A model generated the notes under the pieces. It searched no databases. It was not told the origin of the DNA and saw only the letters and a list, made by a program, of their open reading frames with translations. 64,000 bases of DNA from Basidiobolus meristosporus CBS 931.73. Its lineage: Eukaryota; Fungi; Basidiobolomycota. Below, in pieces: positions 11,211 through 24,407 of this stretch (within the stretch, counting starts at the first letter, position 1; every line of letters starts with the position of its first letter). Where the stretch lies: NCBI GenBank assembly GCA_002104905.1, contig MCFE01000032.1, forward strand, positions 124,001-188,000. The letters run 5' to 3'. Made by a program: the position numbers and the translations under genes.

Positions 11211-13356
11211 TCATAAATGACCGTCATTCACATATTCAGGGAAGGTGCTATCAACGACACCCAAATGTAAAATCCGATTCCCAGATTGGCACACTGGATC
11301 GACATTCTTTCCGATCACGATCCCATCTTCCGGCGCATAATAGGTCGCCTCCAGGTCCCCAAAGATGTTGTGAAGGTAGGCAATGGGCTCATTCTTCTTG
11401 ACCCAGGTGTTCACGTCCGGAAGCACAGACAGAATCCCTCCAGAGGGGGCAAAGATCCAGTACTAGGCTTGATCAGAGTCTGCATGCAAAGATGAGGAAG
11501 AAAGCAGTACGTACACTCTTGGAGCACACCACGGGATCGTACTCGGGATGGTCAGGCTCGTTCTCCACCATCTGGAGATGCGAGATGATGTTGGTGACCC
11601 CCAGCAGTGCGTTCTTCACGAAGCGCTTTTGGAAGCGAGATGGATCTCCGATCTCCACTGGGGTGCGGGTTAGCTGTAACGTAAACGTCGATCTGGTCCC
11701 ATCAAAGGAGACTAACCTGTAATGGCCGGAATCCCTCTTTCCATTGCTGCACCACGAAGTGAGCCATCGGGACTCGTGTTATGGACAATAATCTTGAATC
11801 AACCAATGTAAGTCTCCACTCCAGGTTCCCCACATAGTAGAGAAGCCGACAAACCTGCGGGTTCTGAAGAGTCGCCATTCGTTGCGTGTTGATGTCGGTC
11901 ATGTTCGCACGGACATAGAGGGAGTTCACTCGACCTTTGCTTGCCGTGTGCAAATCCAGCAGATAATCAAAGTGGGATACGACCCGCTCCATCAGGTTGT
12001 AGGCATAGACTTGGGATGTGGAGCCGTTCTTCTTTCTAAATCGAAGGTCAGAAAGAAGCGAATCCGGGATCAAACGATTAAAGGTACCCTGGCATTAGTC
12101 GATTGAGATCGGTCCCGTCACTGAAGGTTCTTTGGCTTCGCAAATATCCAGGGGCATTGGCCACTGGCACGGCCACCACAATCCCGTGTAATGCATCACA
12201 CTCCAACTCGCGAAACAGTCGATGAATCAATGGGATGCCGTTCAGTTCGTTTCCGTGAAGCGCAGCGGTGATCCCTAGCGTAGGGCCGGGTTTCACTCCC
12301 TATTCGTTGGAGCATTAGGATGCTGTGAGGGTAATGAGAAACACCAACTTACCTTAGCGATAATCACAGGAACCTTGATGGGTAGGTTGAGCCCATCCTC
12401 CGAGAGAGCCACCCAAAAACGATGCACCTGACCACTGGGAAGTGATTGGAGATCCAAGGCGGAGACGGTGGGGATCTCCGAAGGAACCACGTCCAGGTTT
12501 CTCTTGGGTTCAAGGGGAGCTACGGGAACTCTCTTACGCCAAACCTGGTGTTCATCATGTGAGTCTAGCTTTCTGCGGTCCATCCATCCGTTGAAACGTA
12601 CCTGTCTGGCCTCGTGCAATAGATTCTCCTCCTTTTCCGAGTTGGCGAACTTTTTTGTCGTGATTTCGGGCCAGAATTCTTTGCCCCAGGCAACGCCGAA
12701 ATGCTTATCGAACTTCTTCAGGATCTTCTGAAATCCAACGATGTTCGTTTGGGTGAACTCTAACGGAGGAGGGTGATTAAGTGCCGGAGTCTGGGGGAAA
12801 GAGTGCATGGCCGTCTACCTGACAGATACTCAAGCGTCTGCAGAAGTCTCGTAAAGTCTTTCTTCCTTGTGTCTCGAGTTAGAAGGTATTGCAGCAAGAA
12901 TGAAACGAGATAACCGTACCATTTCTCTTGGTTTTCGGGGGACAGATCCGGACTCCACTAGCGCGATACAGTTATTAACGCAATTCATGTTGACGTAACC
13001 AGATATGGCTCACCTGTGTCTTCAGAAGGTCCAGTTTGTCACTTGAATCCTTTTCCTTGCTCAGATACCTTTCCTCGACTTTATCCAACTCCGTGTTGAT
13101 GAGCGCCTCGAAATCGTGAGTGATTTTTGTCAACGCGGCGGGGTCTTTGTCATCCGCTGAGCAGGAGAATTGGCAAGAAGATGAGTGAAACCTCCGGGGA
13201 GTAATAACAGCGTTTGGAAAGGGTAGAGTGGAAGAGGAAACTACCTTCGTATTGTATTTCGGCATCCTTGATGAATTTTTTCAACTGCTTGTAGTCGATA
13301 TAGTAGATAGCCCAGGTAGGGATAGAGCGTAGAGCGAGCTGTTTGGCGAATTTCAT
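11211..13356 (-). CDS. SPX domain fused to a succinylglutamate desuccinylase/aspartoacylase (AstE/AspA, M14-like) domain; multi-exon
   Basis: SPX: MKFAKQL, YIDYKQLKK, NIVGFQKILKKFDK. M14-like: ALHGNELNG, DLNR, DLHT, VEIG, and C-terminal APSGG...APEDGIVIG. Canonical introns join both parts in one frame. Confidence 0.9.
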
Positions 13357-13942
13357 GGTGCGAAGCGAGACTCGGAACTTCTAGTAAAAGTAAGTGCGGT
13401 CCAGAAGGTGGCTGGCAAAAGTGGGCGTTGTAGTATGGTTCGTTCTATTCTGATATGTGAAGATAGAGGCCTCGTAATATCTGCTCACCAATCTTTTATT
13501 AACTTTACTTGACCCGTCACAGACTTATCTAACAGTCCCACTGATAGGGATTGAATTTAGCTGATTCGCAATGTGTGTCCGGGGAATCATTGGTTCTAAA
13601 TTGTCCACATTAGCATCAATTCCAAGATACAGTGTGTGGTGAAGCATGTGACTTCTTGGATGGGATTTGTACTCTTTCTATCTCATAAGTTCGTATGACG
13701 AGCGAATATATCCGAGTTAGAAGCCAACCAACCTACCAAAGAGTCTGCAACATTCAATTGGTCCAAGCTGGAGGGAAGCAATAGATTAAAAATCATCGAT
13801 GCTTGTTGGCATTGATTGCATGGAAATTTCCGGTTAATTTAAGGACAATACCCTTGGATTTCCTTTACAGTTCTGTACAAGTACTGTGTTTTTCTGTTCC
13901 ACCCAGTGTGCCAAACCTTACCCCTTGGTTGACTCTTCAACG

Positions 13943-14919
13943 ATGGGAAACTCCCAGGGAAAGCAAAAGAGAAAGATCACCAGCCAAGATAGAGCTATCC
14001 TGGATCTCAAGATCCAGCGAGACAAGCTCAAACTTTACCAGAGAAAAGTGAGCAGACTGAGTTGAACGTGTCCCTCTTTTGGAAACCTTTATTGAACCCA
14101 AATTCTTCCTCAATCAAGATCCAGACCGTATTAGATAGGGAGGTGGAGATTGCGAAGCAACAGCTGCAAGCAGGGAACAAGCGACGCGCTTTGTTGGCGC
14201 TCAAGAAAAAGAAATACCAGGAGCAGTTGTTGGAGAAAACGGATGGACAGTTGCTCAACCTTGAGGAGCTGGTTGGTTGGACTCCCTTTTCTATGGTGAA
14301 GTTGTGCCACTCAGTTGTTTTCCCTTGCACAGGTCAATTCCATAGAGTTTGCTCTGGTTGAAAAGGAAGTTTTGGCTGGTTTGAGTTCCGGCAATGAAGT
14401 GCTTAAGGAGATTCATCAAGAGATGTCCATTGACGCCGTTGAGAAGCTGATGGATGAGACGGCCGACGCTATTGCTTACCAGAACGTTGGTTAACCCCGG
14501 TTGTTCGTCACGCAGGTCAAAATGAGCTCACCTTTGGTTCTTTAGGAAATCGAGGAATTGTTGAGTGGCAAGATAACCGAAGAGGACGAGGAAGACATTC
14601 TACGCCAACTTGACGAGATTGAGAAGCAGGCGGTACGTAAAATGCCGAGTTGTACAGAGTGTATTTGGAGTACTGATATGTATGACTTGACAGATTGATG
14701 AACAAATGGACGTTTTGCCCCAAGTCCCTGAAAACAAGTTGCCTGAACCACAACCCATTGAAGGTAAACCACCAATCAAGCAAGGTACATTGATTATGAT
14801 GTCTTATTTATCATATGTGTATAGAAGACGAGGAGGAGGAGGAGGAGGAGAAAGAGGAAAGGCCAGAGCCTGCGAGAGTCAGGGCTCCCAAGAAAGCTGA
14901 ACCTATGCTTGCTGCTTAA
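13943..14919 (+). CDS. VPS20: ESCRT-III subunit Vps20/CHMP6; multi-exon
   Basis: MGN N-myristoylation start, QDRAILDLKIQRDKL, ALLALKKKKYQEQLL, SIEFALVEKEV, Snf7-family acidic tail. Confidence 0.93.
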
Positions 14920-15237
14920 ATCGAGCTGGTTGCATTCCATCAAACTAGTCCCAGTACACATATTCTATAGACTGGCATCATATGGCATTGTTCCGAGGGG
15001 GAGTGTTCAGCTTCCATGTTGTACTTTAAATATCGAGGTTTCGATTCTTATAATTTTATCTTATCCTTGCAGTAATTCAATTATTGCTGAGTTTCTATGT
15101 ATTTACGGTAGAAATTAAAATCACCACAAACGAAGGTATTTCGCAGATATTCATGTGATACAAAATAGAGCCTTCTATATTTAACAGTTGATGCACCACG
15201 GCAGGTGAGTGAGCCTAAATGGATCTCGACACAAGCA

Positions 15238-18200
15238 TTACTTCTTGATCATGTTGAGAACATCGTCGAGGACATTCTCGGGATGGTCAGATTTGGGACG
15301 ACTCTTCCGTTGCAGGGTATTCAAGTTCGCTACCTGCGGCCGAAACTTCAACGGGCATTAGTAAATCGCTTTGCACGGACGAGATAGAGGTCATTACCTG
15401 TGCTTGAGACAACCTCTCTTTCACCGATAAGCTGCTTTCATCGGTAGGGGGCTTGCGGAATGGTTTCTAGGATGACTGATCTTAGCAGGGGGCCTTCATC
15501 CAAAAATGGGCTTGGTAACTTACTTTTGCAGCTGGAGGTTTGCTGGATGGTATGAACAAGGCATTGGATCTCTTCTTCGGTAGTGGAGGTCTATCCCCTG
15601 AGGGCATGTCCATTTTGGGCCGCTACATTACACAGTCCACTTAATAAATGCTAAAGATTGAACAAAGCAAATTGTACTTACTGGTCTCTTGGCGCTGGTT
15701 CCTTCTCGATCACTCTCTACTGAGGATGATCGCTCCTTTGTTCTGACTCTAATACCGGCTATGCCCTGGTATTTTGACGGGACGGAAGGAGAAGGGGACT
15801 TGCGATCACGGTCATGTTTCTCTGATTGATCCCCATTCTCCTCTTCACTAGTAATCATGGCTTCCACCTCTTTCACAGGCTCAAGCTCATCATTTTTGGT
15901 ATAGAATACCACGTCTTTTGTGACTGGTTCTTCTGCTGATGGGACGAGTAAGTTGGGAGGGAGTTTTCTGATCACTGATTTGCCAAAGAGTGGTAGATCG
16001 CACTAGCAAGAATCAAAGTATTCATCAGTCGTGAATTACTGATGGAACCATGGCAGTGAATATTACGTCAACAAAGCACTTTCTCTCTTGTGCGTCTTCA
16101 ACCAGTGGCCGCCAGTACTTATTCTCAAGAAGGGATTTGGAATTGCCCAAGATAAACAGAGAATAGCGAGCTCTCGTAAGCCCCACGTTCATTCTTCTGA
16201 TATCTGCTAAGAAGCCGATTCCTTTGGCTGGTGGAGGTAAAAAGCAACCATTGAATTTGGATATCATCGGAAGATCAATTACTGCAAACCGTGCCACTTA
16301 CGATTGCCAGCTCTCACACATGAGAATATAATAATGTCCTTTTCTTGTCCTTGAAACCCGTCCTATTCCCAGTATAGAGTGAATCGAAGATCCAAGTAGC
16401 TCAGAAAACACTTCTTACTTACGACAGTGTTAAAATCAATCACTTGGGTAATGGTCTGGCCAAATGCTGATTCGAATCTTCGTCGAAGCTCCCTAAGCTG
16501 CTGTTTGTAAGGAGTGATGATACCAATGCGGTTGGAAAACTAAACCAATGCTGAGAATGAGTAACGGGATCTACTGGGCAAGCGATGGACACGAACATCC
16601 TTACATTAATGGTAGGGAAAGCTTTGCAAAGGTGATGCACCAAAGCCACAGCGATCTCGGCTTCTTTCGTATTGTACAGGGATTTGCCCCGGCCGATCTC
16701 CTCTCTACCAGAGTGAACATTGAGGAAATTGTACGGAGCGAATTTTCGATTTTCGTGCCATTTTTGTGTTTTGATCTGGGCGAGATTAGGCCCATCGCGA
16801 AGCTTGGAGCCGTAAAAGAGCTTGCTAGGGAACGCACTGATCTCTGGGTGCATACGATACTGAATGCTGATTTCGGTCGTGCTTAGTGTCAATATTAATT
16901 CAACCAAATGCCTCTCTGACTAGAACCAACCTCAAAAGATGAACGGCGTCAGGACAGTGATTCTGGATTCGAACAAACAAACTCTGCTCGTAGCTATATG
17001 AGGCAGCCACCTGGGAAAGTACTGTTGGAGGAAGCTGATTCGGATCTACAAGCACGGCGGTTTAGGGAAGTGTATGGACCAGCAATTAACATTCAAAATT
17101 TACCTCCAACCAGCACGCATCGCCTGCAGCCGTACTTCAGGGGAATTAGCGAGCTCAACTCAATGGATTGGGCTGCTTCATCGATGATGACCGTCTCAAA
17201 ATCAACCGCCAAGCTTGTCAGTTGCTCGTGACCACTACCACTAAGAGTTGAACAAACAATATCTGCTTCGGTTAGAATCTTGGTGCGGATCTTCCTCTTA
17301 GCAATGTCCAGAGCTCTATAGCTGGTGCTCTTTCTGTCGTTTTCGCCATCCAATTGCTTGGCCAGATTCCATCGCTTAGAATTCAATTGCTTGACCTTGG
17401 CTTCCATGTCAGCGATAGCAAACGCATCGGTAGACCTGGACATCATATCCTTCAACTCGTCACGCTCTTTCACGATTGCCCTCATCTTCTCTTTGAGTTC
17501 ACTGGCAAGGCTGCTAGCATTATTAAGGTTCTTTTTGGACTTGCTATATTCCGAGTCTGGAGAGTTCATTTCTTTTTCGACCAGGTGTTCTAGCGACATT
17601 TCCTTGGCACTTGAGTTGATGCTCTCAAAGATTCCGATACGGACCACTTTCGGTTTGAAAGCTGCTCCGTTCGAATCTCGAATTCCATCCTTCAGACGTT
17701 TTACAAGCTCATCAACTGCAGCGTTACTTGGTGCGCAAACTAACACTTTCTTGGAAGAAGACGTTTCTTCAGTCCGGGTTTCAATTTTATCCGGATTTCT
17801 AGACGATAGAACGGCGCCAATAAGTCCCAAGATGGTTTTCGTTTTTCCTATGTAGACAAGAGGTCAGAGAGTGTCATGCCAGTTAGGTGCCTATTGATTG
17901 TTACCTGTTCCTGGAGGACTAGAGCCAGATTCGAATATTCAAGTTAACAAAATGCAAATGAGGTCATCCAAACATGAAATTTACGAACCCTTGGATTAGA
18001 CTAAATCCCTGTTCTCGTCGTAGTACATGAAGAATAGCTTCAGCTTGGGGCTGGTTAACTAGATATGTTTTCATACACTTCTCGACGATGTCGTCATTCA
18101 ACGAAGGAGGTGAGCTGCTCTTGGCATTCAGAACATCGTCGCATAAATTGTAGTAGCCTATGCTCTGCAACGCGGAGTACTCACGATGAACAGTCGTCAA

Positions 18201-21200
18201 ACTAACAGATACCGATTAGCAAATAAAGTGAACATTTGGCTGAATATTGTTTGAACCAACCTAAAGAGTTTCGAGGCTTTCCAGATCGTCTTGGGGTTGA
18301 TTGCCAGTAGGGTTTCGGTGTTCTCTCTGCCAAAGGCCGATCTAACTGTGACTTGGGTCATGTCACGCCCAATATTACTCGACTGAACCTTGCACAGAAA
18401 TGACTTGTCGGTGATTTTTGCGCCATTGATACCGCTGGATTTCTGGCGAAATACATGAAGCAGATCATTTTCATTGATTCCTTGAGCGTCGGACGACGCA
18501 AGAGAAAGTGTGATGTCATGAAAACCATCGACCATCAAGCGGTTAACAACGGTACAATCCACAGCTTCCGAATCATTGAGCTCCTCCTTGGCTCGAACAA
18601 ACTGCTGCCAGCATTCCAATAGCAGTAAGGGCTCAAAGACATCGATATACTCTTCGGGAGACTCGAATACTTTGGGAACAGCTCGGATATCCGATTTGGA
18701 GATGTTTGCTGGTAAATCGCCGTTGTCATTATACTTCCAGCCAAAGATGAATTTGTGCAAATGGGAGAGATCCGGGGTAAGTCGGGCCTTCGTTTGATTT
18801 TCTGTCGCAATACGAGCTCTTCGTAACTCCAGCGGGTGCGCACGTAAATTTGGCAGATCGATCAACTTTATACCACGTCGAGGCTGATATTTTCTAGCCT
18901 CTGGTGGTTTTTGGTAGTCTCCGACGATATCAGCTAGACCACCCCCAGAATCTGAATCGTCGGAGTCACTGTCGCTATCTTTCTCGTGTTTTCCTTGCTT
19001 AGGAGTCTCAACTTTGTGTGCTGTACGATGATTGCTTACAGGAATACCATCGGGGGGTACGGTCGACATGGCTGGGCCACGCTTAACTGTAGGAGTGGGG
19101 CCATTCACCTTCGAGCTGGATTTATTGTTACTGGCTGCCACCAGCACAGAGCGATCCTTCTTGAATTCAGAGCGCATTTGCTTCAGCATGGAGCCCGATT
19201 TCTTCTGTGTTTTGGATGCAGGCTTGGTACCTTTCTTGTTGAGCGCAGGGTAGAGCTGCTTACTACTAGGTGCCGAAGCAGGTGTAGCAGTTGAAGAGCT
19301 CGAAGGTTTGCGTTTGGAGGCGTCGCTTGATATCTTAATGGTGACAGTGTTAGACTCATCAAACGTATGCCAAAGTGTATCGAATGCATCATCCGGAAGA
19401 TCCCCAAAATCGTCATTATCTTTAGTCAAATCGATATATTGCTCTTCCTCGCCCGCTTTCGGATGGTCTTCGGTTTGCTGGTCGGCTTCGACCTCCTCCA
19501 CGGATTGTACTTCGTCTTCTGAAGCTGGAATGTGGATGGTGTCGTCAGGTGATTCATCAACCATAATTGGTTTGGGTTGGTTGTTCAAAGTCTCGAGTCC
19601 CTCGTATCCGGATATAGCAACGAACAGATTGGTCCTTTGGTTCTCGGTAAGGGAGGACTGGAAGCCTGCTAGATTCATAGCGATCCCCTCCAGCTTACTA
19701 TGCAAAGATCGGTCCAAGGTAGCCCCTTTTTGTCGCGTACGGTCAAGTATATTCAGCACCAGATTGAGGGTTAGCTCCCGAAGTTGATCGTTGGTAACAA
19801 AAAACCATTTGATCAAGGAGGATAGCGATGCCTTTAGCGGATCTGCGGTCAGCGCTGTTCCTTCCTGAAGAGTGACGCCCTCGTATCGATCGTGGAATCT
19901 CAAGACAGACATAGTAGCATTGAAGACCGCACTCATTGTCGCAATCACGTCGTCTTTTCGATACTTCTCCGCCCAATTCAAGCCCCATTTGAATGCGACT
20001 TTAATGGCATCCCAGCAGCAATTCCACAGCTTCACCATTATCTCCTCGAAACTTTTGGAGGTCAAAGATTCGATATCCAATGGGCCCCCTTGCTCCTCGC
20101 ACGCTGCTGATATTATCTCTTGAATCAGCTCAAAGAGATCGTGTGCATAACTGTAGGTGTTACATCCACTGCGTGTGAGGATGGTAAACTCTTCCAGGAC
20201 TTCAACAATCGAGGTTAAGCAGCTTTCAGGCTGAAGTGCAAAGAGTGCCCGTATGGAGGCAGTTTTGTTGTCCGCACTTAGGGCGACACCTACCATGACA
20301 TAGCCCGTAGATCTCAGTTCAGCATCGCAGGATATCAAGAATCTGGTGAGGGCGCTGGGGACACCGTCGCTTTGAAAGAAATTCTGAAGATACAGCTCGC
20401 TGCTCTCGGAGAAATGTGCTAGGTAATGGTGCGAGAGGGTCCTTAGAAATTGAACACCCTCGACTACAAATCGGTTGACGCTATCTGCTGAGACATTTTG
20501 CAGCACTTTGATCAACTCCGATAGATCAATTAGCGAAATGCGCGAGAAATAATAGAAAATCGCCTGGTGCGTAAGCTGATGTAACCGGGCCGGATCTCGG
20601 CTGCAAAGGATTGACCAAATTCGTCTACAGAGCTTCATTGGCTTGTTGCTCTGATCAAACGGTTTGTTCTGGCAAGCGTAGAGATACGCTTGGTAGAGCA
20701 GCTCCACGTCGTGCTTGATGGACAGTTCGAGGATTTGAAGAGCGTACTTCTGAACATCCTGAACTGGAGTTCCTAGACCTGTGGAGCAGTCTACTATATG
20801 GTTTCCATGGACTTCGATCAGGTAACTGGTGGTAGAAAATCCCTCGTCATCACAGTAGGGAAGTAATAAGGTTACAGCGACATCTCTACAGTATGTTCTA
20901 TATTCGTCGGGGTAGGCTGGGCTTTGAAAACCAGTAAATAGGGCATTCACGATCCCTATCAAGAGTTCGCTCCAGAATGTGGTCTCCTTAAATGACTCTA
21001 TGAAGCCGCTTATCCACTCTAAAAAGATATCAATCAGCTTGCGGCTTTGTGATTGATGCTGGCTACCAGATTTGCTAACATATTGTATTCTTTCTACAAT
21101 GTTGGACACAAACATTGGGTTCTCCATAAAACTTTTGAACAGGAGTAGCGGAGCTCTTGCGTATTCGTAGCCTGGCACTTGTTTCCAAATCCTGCTCTTC

Positions 21201-22240
21201 AGACGTAGAAGTAGAATTGAAAACGCTCGCAACATTTCAATAAGATACTCGGTTTTTAGTGGCAGCTGGCTGAGAATCAGATCCCGAATGCCTGCGCCAT
21301 TTGCAGCATAGAAATGCTCAAACGCATCAGTGGTGAGCGAGGATACCAAGAGTCGAAACGCCTTCCAATGCTCGCTTCGAAAGGTAGTAAGATTGTATCC
21401 CAGTGTATTGGGATCATGGCCTTTGACAAGCGATAGTATAATATTGGTATATTCAGAAAATGTCTCAAGGTCAATACAATCGATGGATGCGGGTGCTTGG
21501 TTCATGGTTTTTTGGGCCCAACGCCTTGCCCAATCGCTTTCGTGCACAAGCAAGATCATCACTCCGGGAAGTATTTTGGTCTCTAATTTGAGGGATTTCT
21601 TTCGCTGGATAATACCACAAAAGACTGTGATAAAAGCTTCGTCAATATCACTGCGCTTTAGATGTACGGGAACTTTGAATATCTCAAAGAGTGTGCACAT
21701 AACACGCTCGGTGATACTTTCTACTCTAACGATGTCTCCTGGCTGCTCCAGAGAGGAAAGCTGAGACATGTCCACTTTGGCCAACATGAGCATTTTTGTG
21801 ATTCGGTAAGCGTCCCATTCTTGAAGTGATTGGAAGAACAGGTTTACTGTGTCTTCAGAATATTTGGTCAGATATCTAAAATATTCGATTCAAAGTGAGC
21901 GCATTATCAACCGTGATTGCCAACAAACATGAAAGTACCTGGCGTGGAATTGGGCTTTGGTATTATGATATTCGTTTACACACATTTTGCATGTGCTTAG
22001 TTGCTCAGCCATTATATCTCGAAACTTCTGAATTGGAGTATTTGGGGCAATCGAAAATAGATGCAACAGTTCGGTGGTGATAGGCTTTAATAAAGGGTCG
22101 CACCACCAACACTTTGGGTGCTTGAGCAGATATGCAAGGCCTCTCTGCAATAGCTCATGTTCTTTAGATTCATCCTCTTGTTGTTGAACATCTTGGAGAA
22201 GCTGGTGTAGTGCTACTAGTTCAGGGTCAGCGGAGTCCAT
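15238..22240 (-). CDS. SEN1: Sen1/senataxin RNA-DNA helicase; multi-exon, 3' exon boundaries approximate
   Basis: Sen1 N-terminal domain with CxxC, LIQGPPGTGKT Walker A, VLVCAPSNAAVDE, VIIDEAAQ, QYRMHPEIS, RRMNVGLTRAR. Confidence 0.96.
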
Positions 22241-22585
22241 TCAGAATTTTAGTGACACAAAACTAACATAGAGGAGCTATTCAAATCCCAACAGAATAGA
22301 GCCTTTTGTTTATTTGAAAGCTCTAAGAAAAAAAGAATGTACAGTCAAGTTGGACGGTAAATAAGTGGATGATTTATCAACTCTGCAACATTTAGGATTG
22401 TTGAGCGATTTATTGGCTTAGATTGAGATTCAATAAATGCCAGAAAATTTAGCACCCACGGTAAACAAAGAGTTGACTGCTCCACATGTATTGATGAATC
22501 CAAACGGTTAGCTGTTAAGTGATGTTTAGAAAAGAAATGAATGCATGTTTATTTATGATCTACGTCAATGTGGAATCTTAAGAGA

Positions 22586-23415
22586 TTAAGCTACTTGCAA
22601 CTTGTTTTGTAGGTAAGTGGCTGATTCAGTATCAAGGATGAGGTTTTTGTGGAGCAACACATTGTAAACATCAAGATCCTCGACCTTGATGACCTTGATA
22701 CCTGGGATGTTGCTGGCAGCGATTCCAAGGTTGTGGTTCTCGCCTCTAATGGCAATCAATGCGGAGGTCCATTGATTAGACTTGAGGATGTGGGAGAGGT
22801 CTCGAGTCTTGTGAGTAGGCAAGTCGACCTTGCTGACAATCACCAACTGGTTTTGAGCGTATTTAGTGGAAAGAGCCACACGAAGTCCCATGTCCACCAC
22901 CTTTTTTTGCAAGGAAGTTTCGTGGCTGCGAGGTTTGGGTCCATGAACAGTAGCACCTTGAAAGCAACGTTAACTTGGAGAACTCTCTAGAAGCCATAAT
23001 ATGTACTCACCACCACGGAACTGTGGGGCTCTGATGGTGCCAACACGGGCAGCACCTCTTCCTTTTTGGGAGAATGCTTTCCTTGTGGAGCCACGGACAT
23101 CACTGATCCCCTTGGTGGAATGCGTTCCCTGTCTCAATGCATCCCTTTGCCATACAACAACACGGTGAAGAATATCCACTCGAAGTGGCGACCCGAACAC
23201 GCTCTTGTGCAGATCCAAAATGCGGAGTGGCTTTTTGTTCTTGAAGTCATGCTCCCAAGCTTGAACGCTTTGTGGGAAGGGATCTAGGGAAGCAGGCAAA
23301 TATCAGCAAGTGATTCTCGTTGCTTGAAACGCATTCCAACGATGAAATTCTTTTCTAGGTTAGGCTTCTTACTTTTTGGGAGGCTTGGCAATATTCTTCT
23401 CAGTTGGGAGGCCAT
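22586..23415 (-). CDS. MRPL4: Mitochondrial ribosomal protein uL4m; start exon tentative
   Basis: DILHRVVVWQ...RQGTHSTK...QKGRGAARVGTIRAPQFRGG...HGPKPR and KKVVDMGLRVALS, typical of the L4 family. Confidence 0.92.
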
Positions 23416-23584
23416 ATTATCTACTTCAGTTCCTGGAAATACTGCAATAAAACTGAGCGAAGATAGCTTTACAGTGGAATTGAGCCCGAGACATCAAATT
23501 TGCGAATGGCCATATCTACACCTGCACTTGACCAAATTTTTTCCTGATTTGCTGACCCCAATTACCTTGGCTAAACCCTCCTGC

Positions 23585-23596
23585 GATCACGTGATC
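23585..23596. promoter_or_regulatory. Perfect 12-bp palindrome GATCACGTGATC (bHLH E-box) in the MRPL4/TMEM14 divergent promoter
   Basis: RTCACGTG core matches Cbf1/USF-type sites; similar cores at 11090-11097 (upstream of DPH3) and ~32006-32013. Confidence 0.4.
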
Positions 23597-23718
23597 TGAC
23601 CTGAATGGTATCTGGTTTGAATTGTACTATATCGGGCTGCTAGTCACTTGACAAACTGCGTATGCTCATATTATGGTAAATTCCAATTAACCTTAGAGCA
23701 CCTCTTTCCCCAGAAAAT

Positions 23719-24214
23719 ATGCCGCAAGATACGATAGGTTATGCTTATGCTGCGACCGTGTTTTTCGGCGGCATCGCAGGCTTCGTCCAAGCCGGTAGGC
23801 CAGTTTGTTCACTCTGAATTGTGAGACGGTACTCAAATGTCGGGAATTTAGGGAGCCCCGCCTCTCTTATTTCGGGCCTTACTCTTGGTTTCTTAATGTT
23901 CAAGGCTGCGGGCAAGACCTCAAAGAATCCCAGGGATGTTGATACCGCCTTTGGTTAGTGTTTGTTGGAATCGACCTCCTCTCGTTCTTATACTCAATAG
24001 AGCTTCTAGGTATAAGCTTGATACTTTTATTGCTGATGGGTTATAGGTACTCCCTTACGGGAAAATACATGCCTGCTGGCTTTGTCTCGTTATTGAGGTA
24101 AACGAATATATCCGCTATGCCAACTCAACGCATTCTAAAGTTCGATTTTTGCCTAGTTTGGTGATGACCCTTCGCTACGGATCCACACTGCTGGCGAGAA
24201 AGCAGCAATCCTAA
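23719..24214 (+). CDS. TMEM14: TMEM14-family small membrane protein; 4 exons
   Basis: DTIGYAYAATVFFGGIAGFVQAGSPASLISGL...GKYMPAG...LRYG after splicing. Confidence 0.85.
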
Positions 24215-24407
24215 ATTTTGTACACATTGGCATAGTTCGTCGCGATCACTCAAATAAAGTACAATAAGCAGACTCGAGCCAAATATGCATGATACAGCCT
24301 ATTTATTGTAGCCAGGCAATGGCCGGGGGATTGATCGTTAGGAGTGGGTTCTACAAACAGATATATATGTTACATTTCGGGTGATAAGAGCTAGTGAAGA
24401 GCCATGC

